Below, in pieces: positions 1-13,738 of a stretch of DNA of 64,000 nucleotides. The stretch's first letter is position 1. Each line of letters opens with the position of its first letter. The translations under genes and the position numbers were made by a program. Location: the NCBI GenBank assembly GCA_021826315.1, contig JAKAZZ010000008.1, forward strand, positions 3,452 to 67,451. Direction: 5' to 3'. A model generated the notes under the pieces. That model had not been told where the DNA came from. It ran no database searches and saw only the letters and a program-made list of their open reading frames with translations. Source of the stretch: Actinomycetes bacterium (lineage in GTDB: Bacteria; Actinomycetota; Acidimicrobiia; Acidimicrobiales; Acidimicrobiaceae).

Positions 1-187
1 CGGCTTGAACAAAGGCTAAGTCGATATTTGGAGTGAGCGACTTTAGCTCCTCTAGATCCTCTATTGGCACAACACCAACGCGCGCTAGCGCCTCCACCGT
101 TGCATATTCAACTGCAAGCCAATTCCTCATTCGAGAGGTGTCGCTAAATAGTTCCCCAACCGCAGGTAGCGTATAGCGCTCGATCAT
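1..187 (-). CDS. purB: adenylosuccinate lyase, 5' part (runs off window)
   Basis: Manual translation from ATG at 187: MIERYTLPAVGELFSDTSRMRNWLAVE..., typical PurB N-terminus; directly downstream of purD. Confidence 0.85.
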   Translation of the reverse strand, partial: MIERYTLPAVGELFSDTSRMRNWLAVEYATVEALARVGVVPIEDLEELKSLTPNIDLAFVQA

Positions 188-214
188 TATCGTTCTCCAA
201 TATCTAAATCTGTA

Positions 215-1461
215 CTATCGTCCCACACCAATGTCACGGCGATAGTGGGCACCGTCGAATGCAACTCTCGATACCGCAGCATATGCACGTTCGAGAGCCT
301 CTTCCTTACTCTTACCGAGTGCAGTAATTCCACGAACTCGACCCCCAGAAGTCACCAGATCTCCATCTTGATCAACTGAGGTTCCAGAGTGGTAGACACG
401 AACCGCGGAATTATCCTCAATTGCCGCAAGGCCAACGATCTTGTCGCCTCGACGCGGACTATTGGGGTATCCTGATGCACTCATTACCACGACTGCACCA
501 GCACCATTTGGCTTTAAATCCACCTGCGAAAGATCTCCACCGGCCGCAGCGAAGAGAACGCTGCCAAAGCCCCCTTCGAGAAGGGGGATGACGACTTGAG
601 CCTCAGGATCACCAAAACGGACGTTGAATTCGACCAACGAAGGGCCACCGTCATTTACCATCAAACCCGCATAAAGAACCCCGCGGTAGTCGATCCCTCG
701 CCCTTTTAGCTCCTGAATAACCGGAGTAATGATGCGATCCATTGTCTGTTGTTGAAGCGACTCGTCGAACCACTCAACGGGAGCAAAGGCACCCATGCCC
801 CCGGTATTTGGTCCAAGATCACCATCGTTTAGCCTCTTATGGTCGGCTGCAGCGGGGAGCAAAACGGCTCTCTCTCCATCTAAAATCGCTAGCACCGAGA
901 CTTCACGACCAGAGAGGAAGTCCTCGATAATCACCTTGGTCCCAGCTTGACCAAATGATGCGCCGCTCAGTTTGGCGCGTACATCTTCGATCGCACTCTC
1001 GAGATCGCTAGTGACTAAGACACCTTTACCTGCCGCTAAGCCATCGGTCTTGATGATGTAGGGACCCACTTTATTCGAGAGGTACGAGATAGCTTCGTCT
1101 ACATCGGTGAAGGTGGCATACCTTGCCGTAGGAACGTTAGCTGCAGCCGCAACCTCCTTCATGAAGTCCTTTGAACCTTCGAGAAGGGCTCCGCTTCGAC
1201 CAGGACCAAAAACTAACTTTGACTGAGCGCGCAGATCGTCAGCCAACCCTTCAACTAAGGGCGCCTCGGGACCGATCACAAATAGATCAGCTGTAAGTTG
1301 GCGTGGATCTTGATCTGTGCACTCAGCCGACTTGGAGATTCCGACGTTTCCAGGTGTAGCAATTACGTGGTAACCTTCCCGGACAAGTACGTCGCAGATA
1401 GCATGCTCACGACCACCTGAACCAACTACGACGATACGGGTAGATTGCTTTACCTCTTGCA

Positions 1462-1462
<1 letters not shown>
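215..1462 (-). CDS. purD: phosphoribosylamine--glycine ligase
   Basis: GSGGREHA, LEGSKDFMK, DGLAAGKGV, GPNTGGMGA, EFNVRFGDPE motifs. Confidence 0.97.
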
Positions 1463-2760
<1,298 letters not shown>

Positions 2761-2818
2761 TTAGCTAGGGACCGCCTTTTCGGCAAAAAGTCCTTATAAA
2801 TGTTAGAGGGCAATTCAC

Positions 2819-5317
2819 CTAAGTGAGTACGACCACCTCGGGATTATCCATATCGATATCTGCACGAATATTTGAACCTTCGTGGTACTTCCCCGAGAGA
2901 ATTGCAGTCGAGATCGGATCACCCAAGTAACGTTGCACTACCCTACGCAATGGACGAGCTCCGAAGTCAGGATCATATCCACGATCGGCGATCTCTCGTA
3001 TTAGATCTTCGCCAACCTCAAGGGTGATGCTTCGAGCAGTCAACCTATCTCTAAGTTCATCGATCTGAATCTCTACGATCTTGTCGAGATTCTCTCGTGT
3101 CAGAGGTGAAAACCGGACGATCTCATCGATTCGATTGACGAACTCTGGTTTGAAAAAGTCTCGAGGATCGACCGAAAGGTTTGAGGTCATGATCATCACG
3201 GTGTTAGTAAAGTTCACCGTTCTTCCTTGGCCATCCGTCAGTCGGCCATCGTCTAAGACCTGAAGTAAGACGTTAAAGACATCGCTATGGGCCTTCTCGA
3301 TCTCGTCGAGCAGTACGACACTATAAGGTCGACGTCGCACCGCCTCTGAAAGTTGGCCGCCTTCGTCGTAGCCGACGTAACCGGGGGGCGCACCTACGAG
3401 ACGCGAAACGCTATGGCGTTCCTGATACTCGCCCATATCGATCCGCACCATAGCTCTCTCATCATCAAAGAGAAAACCAGCCAAAGCCTTAGCAAGCTCC
3501 GTCTTTCCGACTCCAGTAGGTCCCATAAACAGGAAGCTACCAATAGGTCGATTTGGATCAGACAGTCCGGCTCTTGACCTTCTAATTGCATTCGAGACGA
3601 CTTCAATGGCACGGCCTTGTCCCACTACTTGAGAACCAAGTGCTTCCTCCATATGAAGAAGCTTTCCGACTTCACCTTCGAGGAGTTTTCCAACCGGGAT
3701 TGAAGTTGCACGCGACACAACCTCGGCTATGTCCTCTTCAGAGACCTCTTCGCGCAACATCCTAAGGGTGCTTTGCAGCTCTGACAACTTGGCGCTCTGG
3801 ACCTTGATCTCTTCTTCAATCGAAGGGATCCTAGAGTAAAGGATCTCGCTTGCTCTGTCTAGAGATCCCTCTCGGGAGAACTTATCTGCCTGAGCCTTGG
3901 CATCTTCTAGCTCCTCTTTTTTAGATCTGATCGATTCGATCATTGACTTTTCAAGCTGCCAGTGGCCGACCATCGAATCTCGCTCTTCGGCTAGGTTAGC
4001 AAGCTCTTCGTCAATCTTCGATAACCTATCGAGCGAAAGTGGGTCCACCTCACGGGCTAGGGAGATCTTCTCGATCTCAAGTTGGCGCATCCTTCGCTGC
4101 ACGACATCGATCTCAGTTGGCATCGAATCGATCTCAATTCTGAGTCGACTAGCGGCTTCATCAACGAGATCTATGGCCTTATCAGGGAGAAAGCGATCAG
4201 TGATGTACCTGTCTGAAAGTAGTGCAGCAGCAACGAGTGCGCTGTCTTGAATTCTTACGCCGTGGAAGACCTCGTATCGCTCCTTCAAGCCACGCAGTAT
4301 CGCTACGGTAGCAGCCACGGAAGGCTCCTCTACCTGAACTCTTTGAAAACGTCGCTCGAGGGCCGGATCCTTCTCAATGTACTTTCGATATTCATCTAAA
4401 GTTGTAGCTCCGATCATGCGGAGCTCGCCGCGGGCCAACATCGGCTTTAGCATATTTGATGCATCCATGGCACCTTCGGCGGCGCCAGCTCCAACTACGG
4501 TATGCATCTCATCGATAAAGGTAATGATCTCGCCATCAGAGGCAGATATCTCGCCGAGCACTGCTTTGAGACGCTCTTCAAATTCGCCACGATACTTGGC
4601 ACCGGCAACCATGGAAGCGAGATCGAGGGCAATCAAACGCTTCGACTTGAGTCCCTCTGGCACGTCGCCCTCTATGATCCGAAGCGCTAACCCTTCAACA
4701 ATTGCGGTCTTTCCTACCCCTGGCTCACCTATCAATACTGGGTTATTCTTGGTTCTACGCGAAAGCACTTGGATAACGCGACGAATCTCGTCATCTCTTC
4801 CAATTACGGGGTCAATCTTTCCTCGTGAAGCTAAAGCAGTTAAGTCTTTACCGTACTTCTCGAGAGATTTGAAGGTCTCTTCAGGATTCTGACTCGTGAT
4901 CCTCTGATTACCACGAATCTCCTTCAATGCACCGAGGACCGCGGAACGATCCGTTCCAAACTTTGGAGCTAGCTCAAGGAGTAAGTGGTCGACTGAAAGG
5001 TAGTCATCCTTCATGTCAATGCGATTCTTCTCGGCGCGTCGTAGAAGTTCGATAACTTCGCGCGAGATAACAGGTTCAGTTCCAAATACCTTTGGAAGCT
5101 TCTCCAAAGTGGCATTTAGACCATTGCGAAGCTCGAGTGGCGAAAGGTTGAGCTTACTCACCAACGGTAAGGTAATCCCATCGACCTGATTTAGAAGTGC
5201 TAAAGCTAGATGGTCATTCGTGACTTCGCCGTTATTACGGCGAGTTGCATCTTCAATCGCTGAAGCTAAAGCCTCTTGACTCTTCTGTGTCCACTTAGAG
5301 GTATCTATCTGTGGCAT
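2819..5317 (-). CDS. clpB: ATP-dependent chaperone ClpB
   Basis: Two AAA+ modules (GEPGVGKT; GPTGVGKT) with coiled-coil middle domain; follows hspR. Confidence 0.95.
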   Translation of the reverse strand: MPQIDTSKWTQKSQEALASAIEDATRRNNGEVTNDHLALALLNQVDGITLPLVSKLNLSPLELRNGLNATLEKLPKVFGTEPVISREVIELLRRAEKNRIDMKDDYLSVDHLLLELAPKFGTDRSAVLGALKEIRGNQRITSQNPEETFKSLEKYGKDLTALASRGKIDPVIGRDDEIRRVIQVLSRRTKNNPVLIGEPGVGKTAIVEGLALRIIEGDVPEGLKSKRLIALDLASMVAGAKYRGEFEERLKAVLGEISASDGEIITFIDEMHTVVGAGAAEGAMDASNMLKPMLARGELRMIGATTLDEYRKYIEKDPALERRFQRVQVEEPSVAATVAILRGLKERYEVFHGVRIQDSALVAAALLSDRYITDRFLPDKAIDLVDEAASRLRIEIDSMPTEIDVVQRRMRQLEIEKISLAREVDPLSLDRLSKIDEELANLAEERDSMVGHWQLEKSMIESIRSKKEELEDAKAQADKFSREGSLDRASEILYSRIPSIEEEIKVQSAKLSELQSTLRMLREEVSEEDIAEVVSRATSIPVGKLLEGEVGKLLHMEEALGSQVVGQGRAIEVVSNAIRRSRAGLSDPNRPIGSFLFMGPTGVGKTELAKALAGFLFDDERAMVRIDMGEYQERHSVSRLVGAPPGYVGYDEGGQLSEAVRRRPYSVVLLDEIEKAHSDVFNVLLQVLDDGRLTDGQGRTVNFTNTVMIMTSNLSVDPRDFFKPEFVNRIDEIVRFSPLTRENLDKIVEIQIDELRDRLTARSITLEVGEDLIREIADRGYDPDFGARPLRRVVQRYLGDPISTAILSGKYHEGSNIRADIDMDNPEVVVLT

Positions 5318-5398
5318 TAAATAATTCTCCCATCAAATTACTTCCGCTAGGAGAATCATGAGCCCACTTAGGCGCGATCTCCTGTTGCGTACATTTTT

Positions 5399-5797
5399 TT
5401 AATTATCATTTGAAAACCGATAGTAAAGAATCGGTCCAAAGGATTGATTCAGAGGCACGATATCGCGACGATACTTTCGGTGAGCCTCTTCCAATTCAAC
5501 TTCGCGTAGGTGTTTGATCTCAACCAATTGGTTTGAGAGAGTCTCTACCTTGTCTTCGAGTTCTAAGATCCGCTTAACACCTTCGATATTGATTCCTGCA
5601 TCGGTCAATTCTTGAATGTGACGCAGGCGTGCAAGATCCTTCTCCGAGTAGCGCCTTGACCCACCTGAGGTCCTCTGTGGATCAAGAAGTCCTCGCCTTT
5701 CATAGATGCGCAAAGTTTGAGGATGAACTCCTGCTATTTCCGCAGCTACCGATATTACGTAAACTGCCCGAAAAAATGTTTCGTTACTCTGTTCCAT
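5399..5797 (-). CDS. hspR: heat-shock repressor HspR (MerR family)
   Basis: VYVISVAAEIAGVHPQTLRIYERRGLLDPQRTSGGSRRYS; position after dnaJ; start moved to ATG 5797 (MEQSNE). Confidence 0.93.
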   Translation of the reverse strand: MEQSNETFFRAVYVISVAAEIAGVHPQTLRIYERRGLLDPQRTSGGSRRYSEKDLARLRHIQELTDAGINIEGVKRILELEDKVETLSNQLVEIKHLREVELEEAHRKYRRDIVPLNQSFGPILYYRFSNDN

Positions 5798-5840
5798 TGC
5801 CTCTCCCTTCGAAACTAGATCCGATCGAGAACTTTTCTTA

Positions 5841-6917
5841 CTACTGCTGCTTGCTAAGGATCTTTGCGAGATCCTCAACCGCCTTCTTCTGCTCCGGCGT
5901 CAAGTCTTTGGGGATGACGATTTCAACCGTTACAAGGAGATCGCCCACTTCGCCGCGCTTGCCGGTTACTCCGTAACCTTTGGCCCGCAAAATCTGGCCC
6001 GACTTTGTTCCTTGAGGAACGCGTAACTTAATCGACGAATTCAGTGTGGGAACCACGATCTCACCACCAAGTGTCGCCTCAGGGAAAGATATCCTTGCTA
6101 CTGTGAGGATATCAAGGCCTTTACGTCCAAAACTAGGGTCGCGATCGACCTTTATCTTGATGTAAACGTCCCCTGGAGTACCGCCATTTGCCCCAAGCGA
6201 TCCCCTGCCTTTAAGGCGTATCTTTTGACCATCTTCAACCCCGGAGGGGATCTTAACATTTATCTTGCGATTGACTAGAGTCTTTCCAGTTCCGTGACAA
6301 TTCCCACACGGGAGATCTACACGAACCCCTTGTCCTCCGCAGGCCGGACATGGCTGCGAAAATGAGAAAAAGCCCTGACTTTCGTTCACCGAGCCAGTAC
6401 CGTTACAACGAGCACAGGTAACCGGCTTAGATCCTGGCGCTGCACCGGAGCCCGAACAGACCCGACAACGCGCCTCGATGGGCACATTGACGGCAGTTGT
6501 CACGCCATCAATCGACTCCTTGAAGCTAATCGTCAGCGTAACTTCTACATCTGGACCTTTCGAGGAAGGTGTGGTGGTACCTGCACGACGTCGGTTGAAG
6601 ATGCCACCAAAAAGGTCGCCGAGATCATCTACCTTGAAGTTAGGATTACCCTGAGTGAAGGGGCCTTGACCCCCTCGTCCCATAAATGGCACCTGGCTCC
6701 GAATCTGGTCATATTCGGCACGCTTGCTCGCATCACTCAAAACTTCGTATGCGACTGAGATCTCTTTAAACTTCTCTTCAGAGCCAGGATTTGCGTCAGG
6801 ATGGTACTCCTTTGCCAACTTGCGATATGACTTTTGTATCTCTTTTTCGGTCGCTGTCTTCTCAACCCCAAGAACCTTGTAATAGTCCTTTTCATACCAT
6901 TCGCTGTTGGCCGCCAT
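5841..6917 (-). CDS. dnaJ: molecular chaperone DnaJ
   Basis: J domain with HPD, four CxxCxGxG repeats; start moved to ATG 6917. Confidence 0.96.
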   Translation of the reverse strand: MAANSEWYEKDYYKVLGVEKTATEKEIQKSYRKLAKEYHPDANPGSEEKFKEISVAYEVLSDASKRAEYDQIRSQVPFMGRGGQGPFTQGNPNFKVDDLGDLFGGIFNRRRAGTTTPSSKGPDVEVTLTISFKESIDGVTTAVNVPIEARCRVCSGSGAAPGSKPVTCARCNGTGSVNESQGFFSFSQPCPACGGQGVRVDLPCGNCHGTGKTLVNRKINVKIPSGVEDGQKIRLKGRGSLGANGGTPGDVYIKIKVDRDPSFGRKGLDILTVARISFPEATLGGEIVVPTLNSSIKLRVPQGTKSGQILRAKGYGVTGKRGEVGDLLVTVEIVIPKDLTPEQKKAVEDLAKILSKQQ

Positions 6918-6922
6918 GGCAC

Positions 6923-7480
6923 CTACCCTACAACTTTTACCATTGCGGGTCGCAAAACACGACCCTTCCACCTATAACCCGGCCTCAATATCTCTGCGAC
7001 TATGGGTCCACCCTCGCCCTCTTCATGAGCTACGGCTAGGTGAATCTCTGGATCGAAGGCTACTTCAACCGCATCGATTACCTCGAGACCTTCATTTGTC
7101 AACATTGAGAACATCGGACGAATCGTCTTTTCTGCAATTTCTCCGCTTTCAGAGTTAGCGACGTGCGCTAGGAGCATCGACAAGTCATCCAAAGTTGGAA
7201 TCAACTTCTCGATTAGTGAAAGCACCCGCTTCTCGCTGTTCTCTTCTTCAAGTCGCGCCACGCGCCTACGATAGTTATCGAAGTCGGCTTTAGTTCTCTG
7301 AAGAGATTCGAGGTACTCGTCACGCTCTCGACGAAGTTCGTGGACGATAGGATCCTCGATCTCTTCGTCGGCACTTGCAACGATCTCTTCGGCTTCGATC
7401 ACAATTTCATTTAGTTCTTCATCATTGGGCTCGTTCGACTCATCGAAGTCGCCCCGATCTTCAGATACCAATCTTCTCAC
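6923..7480 (-). CDS. grpE: nucleotide exchange factor GrpE
   Basis: [26 protein letters not shown]; between dnaK and dnaJ. Confidence 0.95.
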   Translation of the reverse strand: MRRLVSEDRGDFDESNEPNDEELNEIVIEAEEIVASADEEIEDPIVHELRRERDEYLESLQRTKADFDNYRRRVARLEEENSEKRVLSLIEKLIPTLDDLSMLLAHVANSESGEIAEKTIRPMFSMLTNEGLEVIDAVEVAFDPEIHLAVAHEEGEGGPIVAEILRPGYRWKGRVLRPAMVKVVG

Positions 7481-7552
7481 CTTTCAAGTGACAACCGCAC
7501 CGACCCGGACCAGAGCAGTATTGTGAATCTGGTCCGGGGGCAATGCACTCGC

Positions 7553-9403
7553 TTACTTGTTTGTATCGTCAACGATTTCAGCTTCGACGATATCTTCATC
7601 GTTAGAGCCAGAAGCCGATGTCCCACTAGAAGCTGCCTCGTCGCCACCTGAGGCCTGAGCGGCCTTAGACGCCTCTTCGTAGAGACGCTGCGAGAATGCC
7701 TGCGACGTAGTCATAAGCTTCTCAGTTTCAGTCTTGATAGCTTCGATGTCAGTGCCAGCAAGAGCACTCTTCAACGTCTCTAACGCTGATTCAACAGAGG
7801 TCTTCTCGTCACCATTGAACTTCTCACCTTGGTCCTTCAAGAGCTTTTCAGTCTGATAGACAAGGGTGTCTCCGTTATTGCGAACTTCGGCCTCTTCACG
7901 TCGACGCTTATCATCAGCGACGTGTGCCTCAGCATCTTTGACCATGCGGTCAATGTCGTCCTTTGAGAGTGAGCTTTGACCAGAGATTGTGATCGACTGC
8001 TCTTGATTCGTCGCACGATCCTTAGCCGATACGTGCACAATACCGTTGGCATCGATGTCGAAGGTTACCTCAATCTGAGGAATTCCACGAGGTGCAGGCG
8101 GAAGTCCAACTAGCTGAAACTTTCCAAGAGTCTTGTTATACATTGCCATCTCGCGCTCTCCTTGAAGAACGTGGATCTCAACTGAAGGCTGATTATCGTC
8201 GGCTGTTGTAAAGACCTCTGTCCTCTTGGTCGGGATAGTGGTATTGCGCTCGATCAACTTGGTCATGACGCCACCCTTGGTCTCGATACCCAAGCTAAGG
8301 GGTGTTACGTCGAGGAGGAGGACATCTTTTACCTCACCCTTCAACACACCAGCCTGAATAGCTGCACCAACGGCAACTACCTCGTCTGGGTTCACACCTT
8401 TGTGAGGTTCGCGACCGGTAATCGATTGCACGAGATCTTGAATCGCCGGCATACGAGTCGATCCACCAACCATTACGACGTGATCAATCTGATCCTTTGT
8501 AAGTCCAGCATCCTTGATCGCTTGCTCGAAGGGATGACGACAAGCTTCAGCCAGATCTTCGGTCAACTCTTGGAATTTGGCGCGAGTCAACTTGAGGTCG
8601 AGGTGCTTTGGTCCTTCTGCATTAGCTGTGATGAATGGCAAGTTGATGGTGGTCTCTTGGACGTTGGAAAGTTCAATCTTTGCCTTCTCAGCTGCCTCTT
8701 TGAGCCTTTGCATCGCCATCTTGTCACCCGAAAGGTCAATTCCTTCGGTGTCTTTGAAGGTCTTGACCAACCAGTCGATGACCCTTTGGTCCCAGTCGTC
8801 GCCACCTAGGCTCGTATTTCCTGAAGTCGACTTGACTTCAAAGACGCCGTCGCCGATCTCGAGAACCGAGACATCGAAGGTACCGCCACCAAGGTCAAAA
8901 ACCAGAACGGTCTGATCGGTATTTTCCTTGTCCAAACCGTAAGCTAGCGCAGCTGCGGTTGGCTCATTGATAATGCGAAGTACTTCGAGACCAGCAATTT
9001 GACCAGCCTCTTTTGTAGCTGTTCTCTGCGCGTCGTCAAAGTAAGCCGGAACCGTAATTACTGCTTGTGTAACGGTGTCACCAAGGTAGGCCTCAGCATC
9101 ACGCTTCAGCTTGGATAGGGTACGTGCGGATATCTCCTGCGACGTATAGGCCTTTCCATCGATGTCAATCGTCCAATTGGTACCCATGTGGCGCTTTACG
9201 GACCTGATCGTACGATCAGCGTTTGTGACAGCTTGTCGCTTCGCGACTTCTCCTACAAGTACCTCACCCGACTTGGAGAAGGCTACGACGGAAGGGGTAG
9301 TTCTACCACCTTCTGAGTTTGGGATCACGATTGGATCTCCGCCTTCGAGAACGCTTACAACCGAGTTAGTTGTTCCAAGGTCAATACCTACTGCTTTTGG
9401 CAC
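7553..9403 (-). CDS. dnaK: molecular chaperone DnaK (Hsp70)
   Basis: [30 protein letters not shown]. Confidence 0.99.
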   Translation of the reverse strand: MPKAVGIDLGTTNSVVSVLEGGDPIVIPNSEGGRTTPSVVAFSKSGEVLVGEVAKRQAVTNADRTIRSVKRHMGTNWTIDIDGKAYTSQEISARTLSKLKRDAEAYLGDTVTQAVITVPAYFDDAQRTATKEAGQIAGLEVLRIINEPTAAALAYGLDKENTDQTVLVFDLGGGTFDVSVLEIGDGVFEVKSTSGNTSLGGDDWDQRVIDWLVKTFKDTEGIDLSGDKMAMQRLKEAAEKAKIELSNVQETTINLPFITANAEGPKHLDLKLTRAKFQELTEDLAEACRHPFEQAIKDAGLTKDQIDHVVMVGGSTRMPAIQDLVQSITGREPHKGVNPDEVVAVGAAIQAGVLKGEVKDVLLLDVTPLSLGIETKGGVMTKLIERNTTIPTKRTEVFTTADDNQPSVEIHVLQGEREMAMYNKTLGKFQLVGLPPAPRGIPQIEVTFDIDANGIVHVSAKDRATNQEQSITISGQSSLSKDDIDRMVKDAEAHVADDKRRREEAEVRNNGDTLVYQTEKLLKDQGEKFNGDEKTSVESALETLKSALAGTDIEAIKTETEKLMTTSQAFSQRLYEEASKAAQASGGDEAASSGTSASGSNDEDIVEAEIVDDTNK

Positions 9404-9451
9404 TTTTAGTTACCTCCTATGAAGTTCATTAACAATGATATCGTTATAAAA

Positions 9452-9472
9452 CTTGAGTCGCTTCATATCAAC
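9452..9472. promoter_or_regulatory. HAIR-like HspR operator upstream of dnaK
   Basis: CTTGAGT-cgcttca-TATCAAC vs HAIR consensus CTTGAGT-N7-ACTCAAG; about 50 bp upstream of dnaK in an operon that contains hspR. Confidence 0.7.
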
Positions 9473-9542
9473 TTTAAATTTAATGAATTTCTTCCAACAA
9501 AAGGAGGATTTTTAGCCTTTGGGGGCTACGTTCAAATGTGAT

Positions 9543-10235
9543 ATGGGACAGCTAACACTTTTACGCCACGGGCAAAGCACTTGGAACCTAGAAGATCGAT
9601 TCACCGGTTGGATCGATGTCGACCTCACCCAAAAGGGAGAAGAGGAAGCTAGAAATGCAGGAAAAGCCCTGCTTGAAGCCGGAATCGTCCCCGATATCCT
9701 TCATAGCTCAGTCCTCAAAAGGGCCATCAAAACCGGCGAAATCGCCCTAGATGCGATGGAGTTGAACTACATAGACGTACAGCGTCATTGGCGCTTAAAT
9801 GAACGCCACTACGGCTCCCTACAAGGCAAAAATAAAGAAGAGACCAAAGAGCGCTTCTCGCGAGAGCAGGTCCGACTTTGGCGCCGAAGCTTTGATACGC
9901 CACCTCCCGAACTCGATCTTGACGATCCGACACACCCGCGGCACGACCGACGGTATAAAAACGTAGCTCCCGAACTTCTCCCAAATACAGAGTGTCTAAA
10001 AGACGTATTGGAACGAATGCTTCCCTACTACTTTGACGTCATGGTTCCCCAGCTAAAAGCCGGGAAATCTCTGCTAATTGCCGCCCATGGCAATTCCCTT
10101 CGGGCCTTAGTCATGCACCTCGAAGGACTAAACAGCGAAGAGATCTTGAATTTTGAGATTCCTAATGGACAACCGATCGTCTACTCCGTCGACGAAGACC
10201 TAAACGCCATTCGAACCCATTGGCTCGGCCGCTAG
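9543..10235 (+). CDS. gpmA: 2,3-bisphosphoglycerate-dependent phosphoglycerate mutase
   Basis: LRHGQSTWN, RLNERHYGSLQG, AHGNSLRAL. Confidence 0.95.
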   Translation: MGQLTLLRHGQSTWNLEDRFTGWIDVDLTQKGEEEARNAGKALLEAGIVPDILHSSVLKRAIKTGEIALDAMELNYIDVQRHWRLNERHYGSLQGKNKEETKERFSREQVRLWRRSFDTPPPELDLDDPTHPRHDRRYKNVAPELLPNTECLKDVLERMLPYYFDVMVPQLKAGKSLLIAAHGNSLRALVMHLEGLNSEEILNFEIPNGQPIVYSVDEDLNAIRTHWLGR

Positions 10236-10351
10236 AGATCAAAATTTATAACTGCGTAGCATGGCGCTAGATGACACGGGTTCATTAGCTATACCCAGCT
10301 CGTAAACGCATCTGATTAACTAAAGTCGAAACTTCGCATAGTATTGAAGGC

Positions 10352-10972
10352 GTGAAAAAATCGTTCCGAAATTCTGGTGTACTAATTGCTATTGCGCTAA
10401 CGGCTGCTGCGTGTAGCCACACGAAGGCCCTAGCGCCAGAGGGTGGGAGCCTCGGACTTTCACCCTCTTCTGGTGCTGGAGGAACAAATGCGCCATCGCT
10501 AAATGGCTCAAATACGTCAAATGCATCTAAGTACAATGGTGCCGGCTACCAGACCCCAGTCTTTACGTCTACCACGGTACCTAACTCCTATAACGACGTT
10601 CCACTTGGTCCAACGACCATCAAGGTGGAGAACACTAAGTACGGGCAGGTTCTAGCCTCGCCAAGCGGCCACACACTTTACATGAGAATCGGGGACTCGC
10701 CAACTTACGCGGGGTGCAAGTCAACCTGCGCAATTGCCTTTCCACCAATCCTAACAAACGGTGCACCGCAGGCCTCGGGTGGCATATTAGCTGCATACTT
10801 GGGAGTCCTAACCGCGCCTACCAGGGGTGAACAGATTGCATACGCCGGCCACCCGCTCTATACCTACTCCGGCGATACGGCACCAGGAATGGTCTCTGCA
10901 GAAAACGCAGGCGGAATATGGTTTGCAGTTACGCCGACAGGTGCTCCACTTAGAGTGAAGGCAGCTGGATAG
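10352..10972 (+). CDS. secreted lipoprotein, COG4315/Lipoprotein_15-like
   Basis: Signal peptide with lipobox AAAC; G-x-TLY...C-x3-C...PP and Q-x2-Y-x-GHPLYTY-x-GD repeats. Confidence 0.75.
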   Translation: MKKSFRNSGVLIAIALTAAACSHTKALAPEGGSLGLSPSSGAGGTNAPSLNGSNTSNASKYNGAGYQTPVFTSTTVPNSYNDVPLGPTTIKVENTKYGQVLASPSGHTLYMRIGDSPTYAGCKSTCAIAFPPILTNGAPQASGGILAAYLGVLTAPTRGEQIAYAGHPLYTYSGDTAPGMVSAENAGGIWFAVTPTGAPLRVKAAG

Positions 10973-11048
10973 GTAATTTCTTTACCACCTAGCTAATGCC
11001 GGTCCCTTTAACCTACACAAAGGGTATCCTTCCTGATAACTTGAATGT

Positions 11049-11480
11049 ATGTCAGATAATTCATTGCCATCAAAGATCGAGCGTCTTCGCTCCATTTGGC
11101 TCTTCGCCGAATGTTCCAAGAAGGAACTTCAACTTCTCGAACGTGCCTGCGACGAAGCAAGCGCCACAGCAGGAACGATAATTTGCGAAGAGGGCCACTT
11201 TGGTCGCGACTTCTATATGATCACCAGCGGCAACGCAAAGGTCACAAAAGGCGGCAACGAGGTAGCACGCCTTGAGGCCTCAGATCACTTTGGTGAGCTA
11301 GCGCTGCTCGATCACCAACCAAGGTCAGCCACCGTAACTGCGGTAACTGACGTTTCGCTCCTAGTACTTCCCGCAAGAGAGTTCACTTCGGTACTAGAAG
11401 AGATACCGACGATGGCTATACGACTACTAGCAACTATGGCTGCTCAGCTCAGGAGAGCAGACGAAGCCGCATACGAATAG
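11049..11480 (+). CDS. stand-alone cyclic-nucleotide-binding domain protein
   Basis: FGELALLDHQPRSATV phosphate-binding cassette; no HTH. Confidence 0.85.
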   Translation: MSDNSLPSKIERLRSIWLFAECSKKELQLLERACDEASATAGTIICEEGHFGRDFYMITSGNAKVTKGGNEVARLEASDHFGELALLDHQPRSATVTAVTDVSLLVLPAREFTSVLEEIPTMAIRLLATMAAQLRRADEAAYE

Positions 11481-11503
11481 TCAACTCAAACAAGTCATAA
11501 ACG

Positions 11504-11539
11504 AAGAAGGGCTCGCAACTAAAGTTGCGAGCCCTTCTT
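11504..11539. terminator. bidirectional intrinsic terminator
   Basis: AAGAAGGGCTCGCAACT-aa-AGTTGCGAGCCCTTCTT between convergent genes. Confidence 0.85.
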
Positions 11540-11561
11540 ATATATTTAGAACAACCTAGAG

Positions 11562-13619
11562 CTAATTGCCTTCTAGAGACTTCTCTAGAATCTGAGCCAC
11601 ATCCAAAACTGCGACGTCATCACGCGCACCGCCTTCAGCCTTCTTAGCCTTTACTGCATCATCGAGCATGATCATACAGTACGGACACGCTGTGGACACT
11701 ACGTCTGGATCAACCTCAAGGGCTTGATCGACGCGCTCAACGTTAACACGCTTGCCGATCTTCTCTTCGAGCCACATCCGGGCTCCACCCGCTCCACAAC
11801 AGAAACCCCGCTCACGATGGCGGTGCATCTCAACAGTCGTAACCCCGGGTACAGACTCGATGACTGAACGAGGCGCATCGTAGATACCATTGTGTCGACC
11901 GAGGTAGCAAGGGTCGTGGTACGTGATTTTGCCTTGCTCCAACTTATTGACCGGCACTAACGAACCCTTACTTACAAGTTCTTTGAGGAGCTGCGTATGG
12001 TGGATAACCTCATAATTACCGCCCAAAGCCGAGTACTCATTAGCAATAGAGTTAAAGCAGTGCGGACAAGACGCGATGATCTTCTTCGCCTTTACTTCGT
12101 TGAGTGTCTCAATGTTCATCATCGCCTGCATCTGATACAGGTACTCGTTGCCTAACCTTCGTGCAGGGTCACCGGTACAGCTTTCCCGGCCACCCAAGAT
12201 TGCAAACTTAACACCAGCGCGATCGAGGAGACGGGCGATCGATTGGGTAACCTTTCGAGCCCTCTCATCTAGGGCACCGGCACAACCAACCCAGAATAGA
12301 TACTCAACGTTGGCTGGAATTTCACCCTCGATAACAGGAATCTCAATATCGATTGACTCAACCCAGTCGAGACGGTGCGACGAACCAAGACCCCATGGGT
12401 CTCCCTGATTCTCGATATTTCGTAGCATCGTGCCGGCCTCAGTCGGGAACTCACTCTCCATGAGAACTTGGTACCTTCTCATATCCACAATCGCATCAAT
12501 ATGCTCGATATCGACTGGACAGGCCTCAACGCAGGCGCCACATGTTGTACAAGACCAAAGAACATCTGGGTCGATCACATTTGGAACCAACATGATCGGC
12601 TCCATTGTCGCCGTCTCGGCATTAGCTACTCGAGGGCCAAGGAGTTGGCCCGAAGTCGCAAAGAGGTGATCACGAAGGGACATAACAAGAAGCTTCGGGG
12701 AGAGTGGCTTTTCGGTATTCCACGCTGGGCACTGCTCCTGGCACCTACCGCACTCCGTACAAGTTACAAGGTCAAGAAGCTGCTTCCAGGAGAAGTCGTC
12801 TATCTTTCCAACCCCAAAGACCGAGTCTTCCGTTAGAAGTTCGGGGTCCATATTCGGAGTCTTATCGAGTGCTCCTAGGGCGCGCGGCTTGCGAGAAAAG
12901 GCAACGTTCAATGGAGCAGCAAAAATGTGGAGGTGTTTTGAGTAGGTAACAAAGACTAAGAAGCCCATAATGACTGCGACGTTACCCACAACGAATATCG
13001 ATTCGAGTGCCGAATTCACGCTATGGCCCAAAGGCTTCAAAAGGATCGCCAAACCGTGGCTTGCAAAGGCAAAGTTGGAGTAAGCAAAGTCCCCTGTATT
13101 TACCTGCGCAGCTCGATATATGAGCAGTGTTACGATTACGAGAGCAATCCCAAAAAGAACTAGCCAGGCGGCGTCATTATGCGAGCCATAGAAGCGAGAT
13201 TGACGATCCTTCTTGGATGGCGCATTCTTGATACGTATTACCGAGAAGACGACGAGCGAGAGTAGAACTGCCACCGAGAAGAAGTCTTCCGTGAAGCCTA
13301 ACCATGAATCGTGGCCGATAAATGGAATTGCAAAGTTCGATTTGAATAGAGCTCCAAAGGCCTCGATAATCGTCGCTGTGAGTATCGTAAATCCCCAGAA
13401 GGTAAAGAAGTGGGCGATTCCAGGAACGGTCTTCTTGAGAAGACGCTTTTGCCCTAGTACCTCTTGAACCTCAAGGTTGATCTGTTCTGGAATATTGCGA
13501 CGCCGATTTGGCGCATCAACTCCGCTTTTCACCAACTTGAAGATAAAGAGGCCTCGTCTCGCTGCAAAAAAAAGCGCAACGACAGTTATCAAAAGACCTA
13601 TAGCTGCCCGCATTAACAC
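11562..13619 (-). CDS. membrane-bound Fe-S oxidoreductase (FadF/EtfD-like; TM domain + 2x4Fe-4S + CCG domains)
   Basis: N-terminal TM helices, CTECGRCQEQCP and CTTCGACVEACP, HDPCYLGR, CCGAGG, ACPYC. Confidence 0.88.
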   Translation of the reverse strand: MLMRAAIGLLITVVALFFAARRGLFIFKLVKSGVDAPNRRRNIPEQINLEVQEVLGQKRLLKKTVPGIAHFFTFWGFTILTATIIEAFGALFKSNFAIPFIGHDSWLGFTEDFFSVAVLLSLVVFSVIRIKNAPSKKDRQSRFYGSHNDAAWLVLFGIALVIVTLLIYRAAQVNTGDFAYSNFAFASHGLAILLKPLGHSVNSALESIFVVGNVAVIMGFLVFVTYSKHLHIFAAPLNVAFSRKPRALGALDKTPNMDPELLTEDSVFGVGKIDDFSWKQLLDLVTCTECGRCQEQCPAWNTEKPLSPKLLVMSLRDHLFATSGQLLGPRVANAETATMEPIMLVPNVIDPDVLWSCTTCGACVEACPVDIEHIDAIVDMRRYQVLMESEFPTEAGTMLRNIENQGDPWGLGSSHRLDWVESIDIEIPVIEGEIPANVEYLFWVGCAGALDERARKVTQSIARLLDRAGVKFAILGGRESCTGDPARRLGNEYLYQMQAMMNIETLNEVKAKKIIASCPHCFNSIANEYSALGGNYEVIHHTQLLKELVSKGSLVPVNKLEQGKITYHDPCYLGRHNGIYDAPRSVIESVPGVTTVEMHRHRERGFCCGAGGARMWLEEKIGKRVNVERVDQALEVDPDVVSTACPYCMIMLDDAVKAKKAEGGARDDVAVLDVAQILEKSLEGN

Positions 13620-13738
13620 TCCACCTTAACCAAACGCCGAAGAAACGAAGAAACATTCACCATTAGCGTCAATTGCCTAAGCGATACTACTCGAATCTAC
13701 TACTTCGAAAGAGCTATTTTTTAAGGTCACATAATTTA

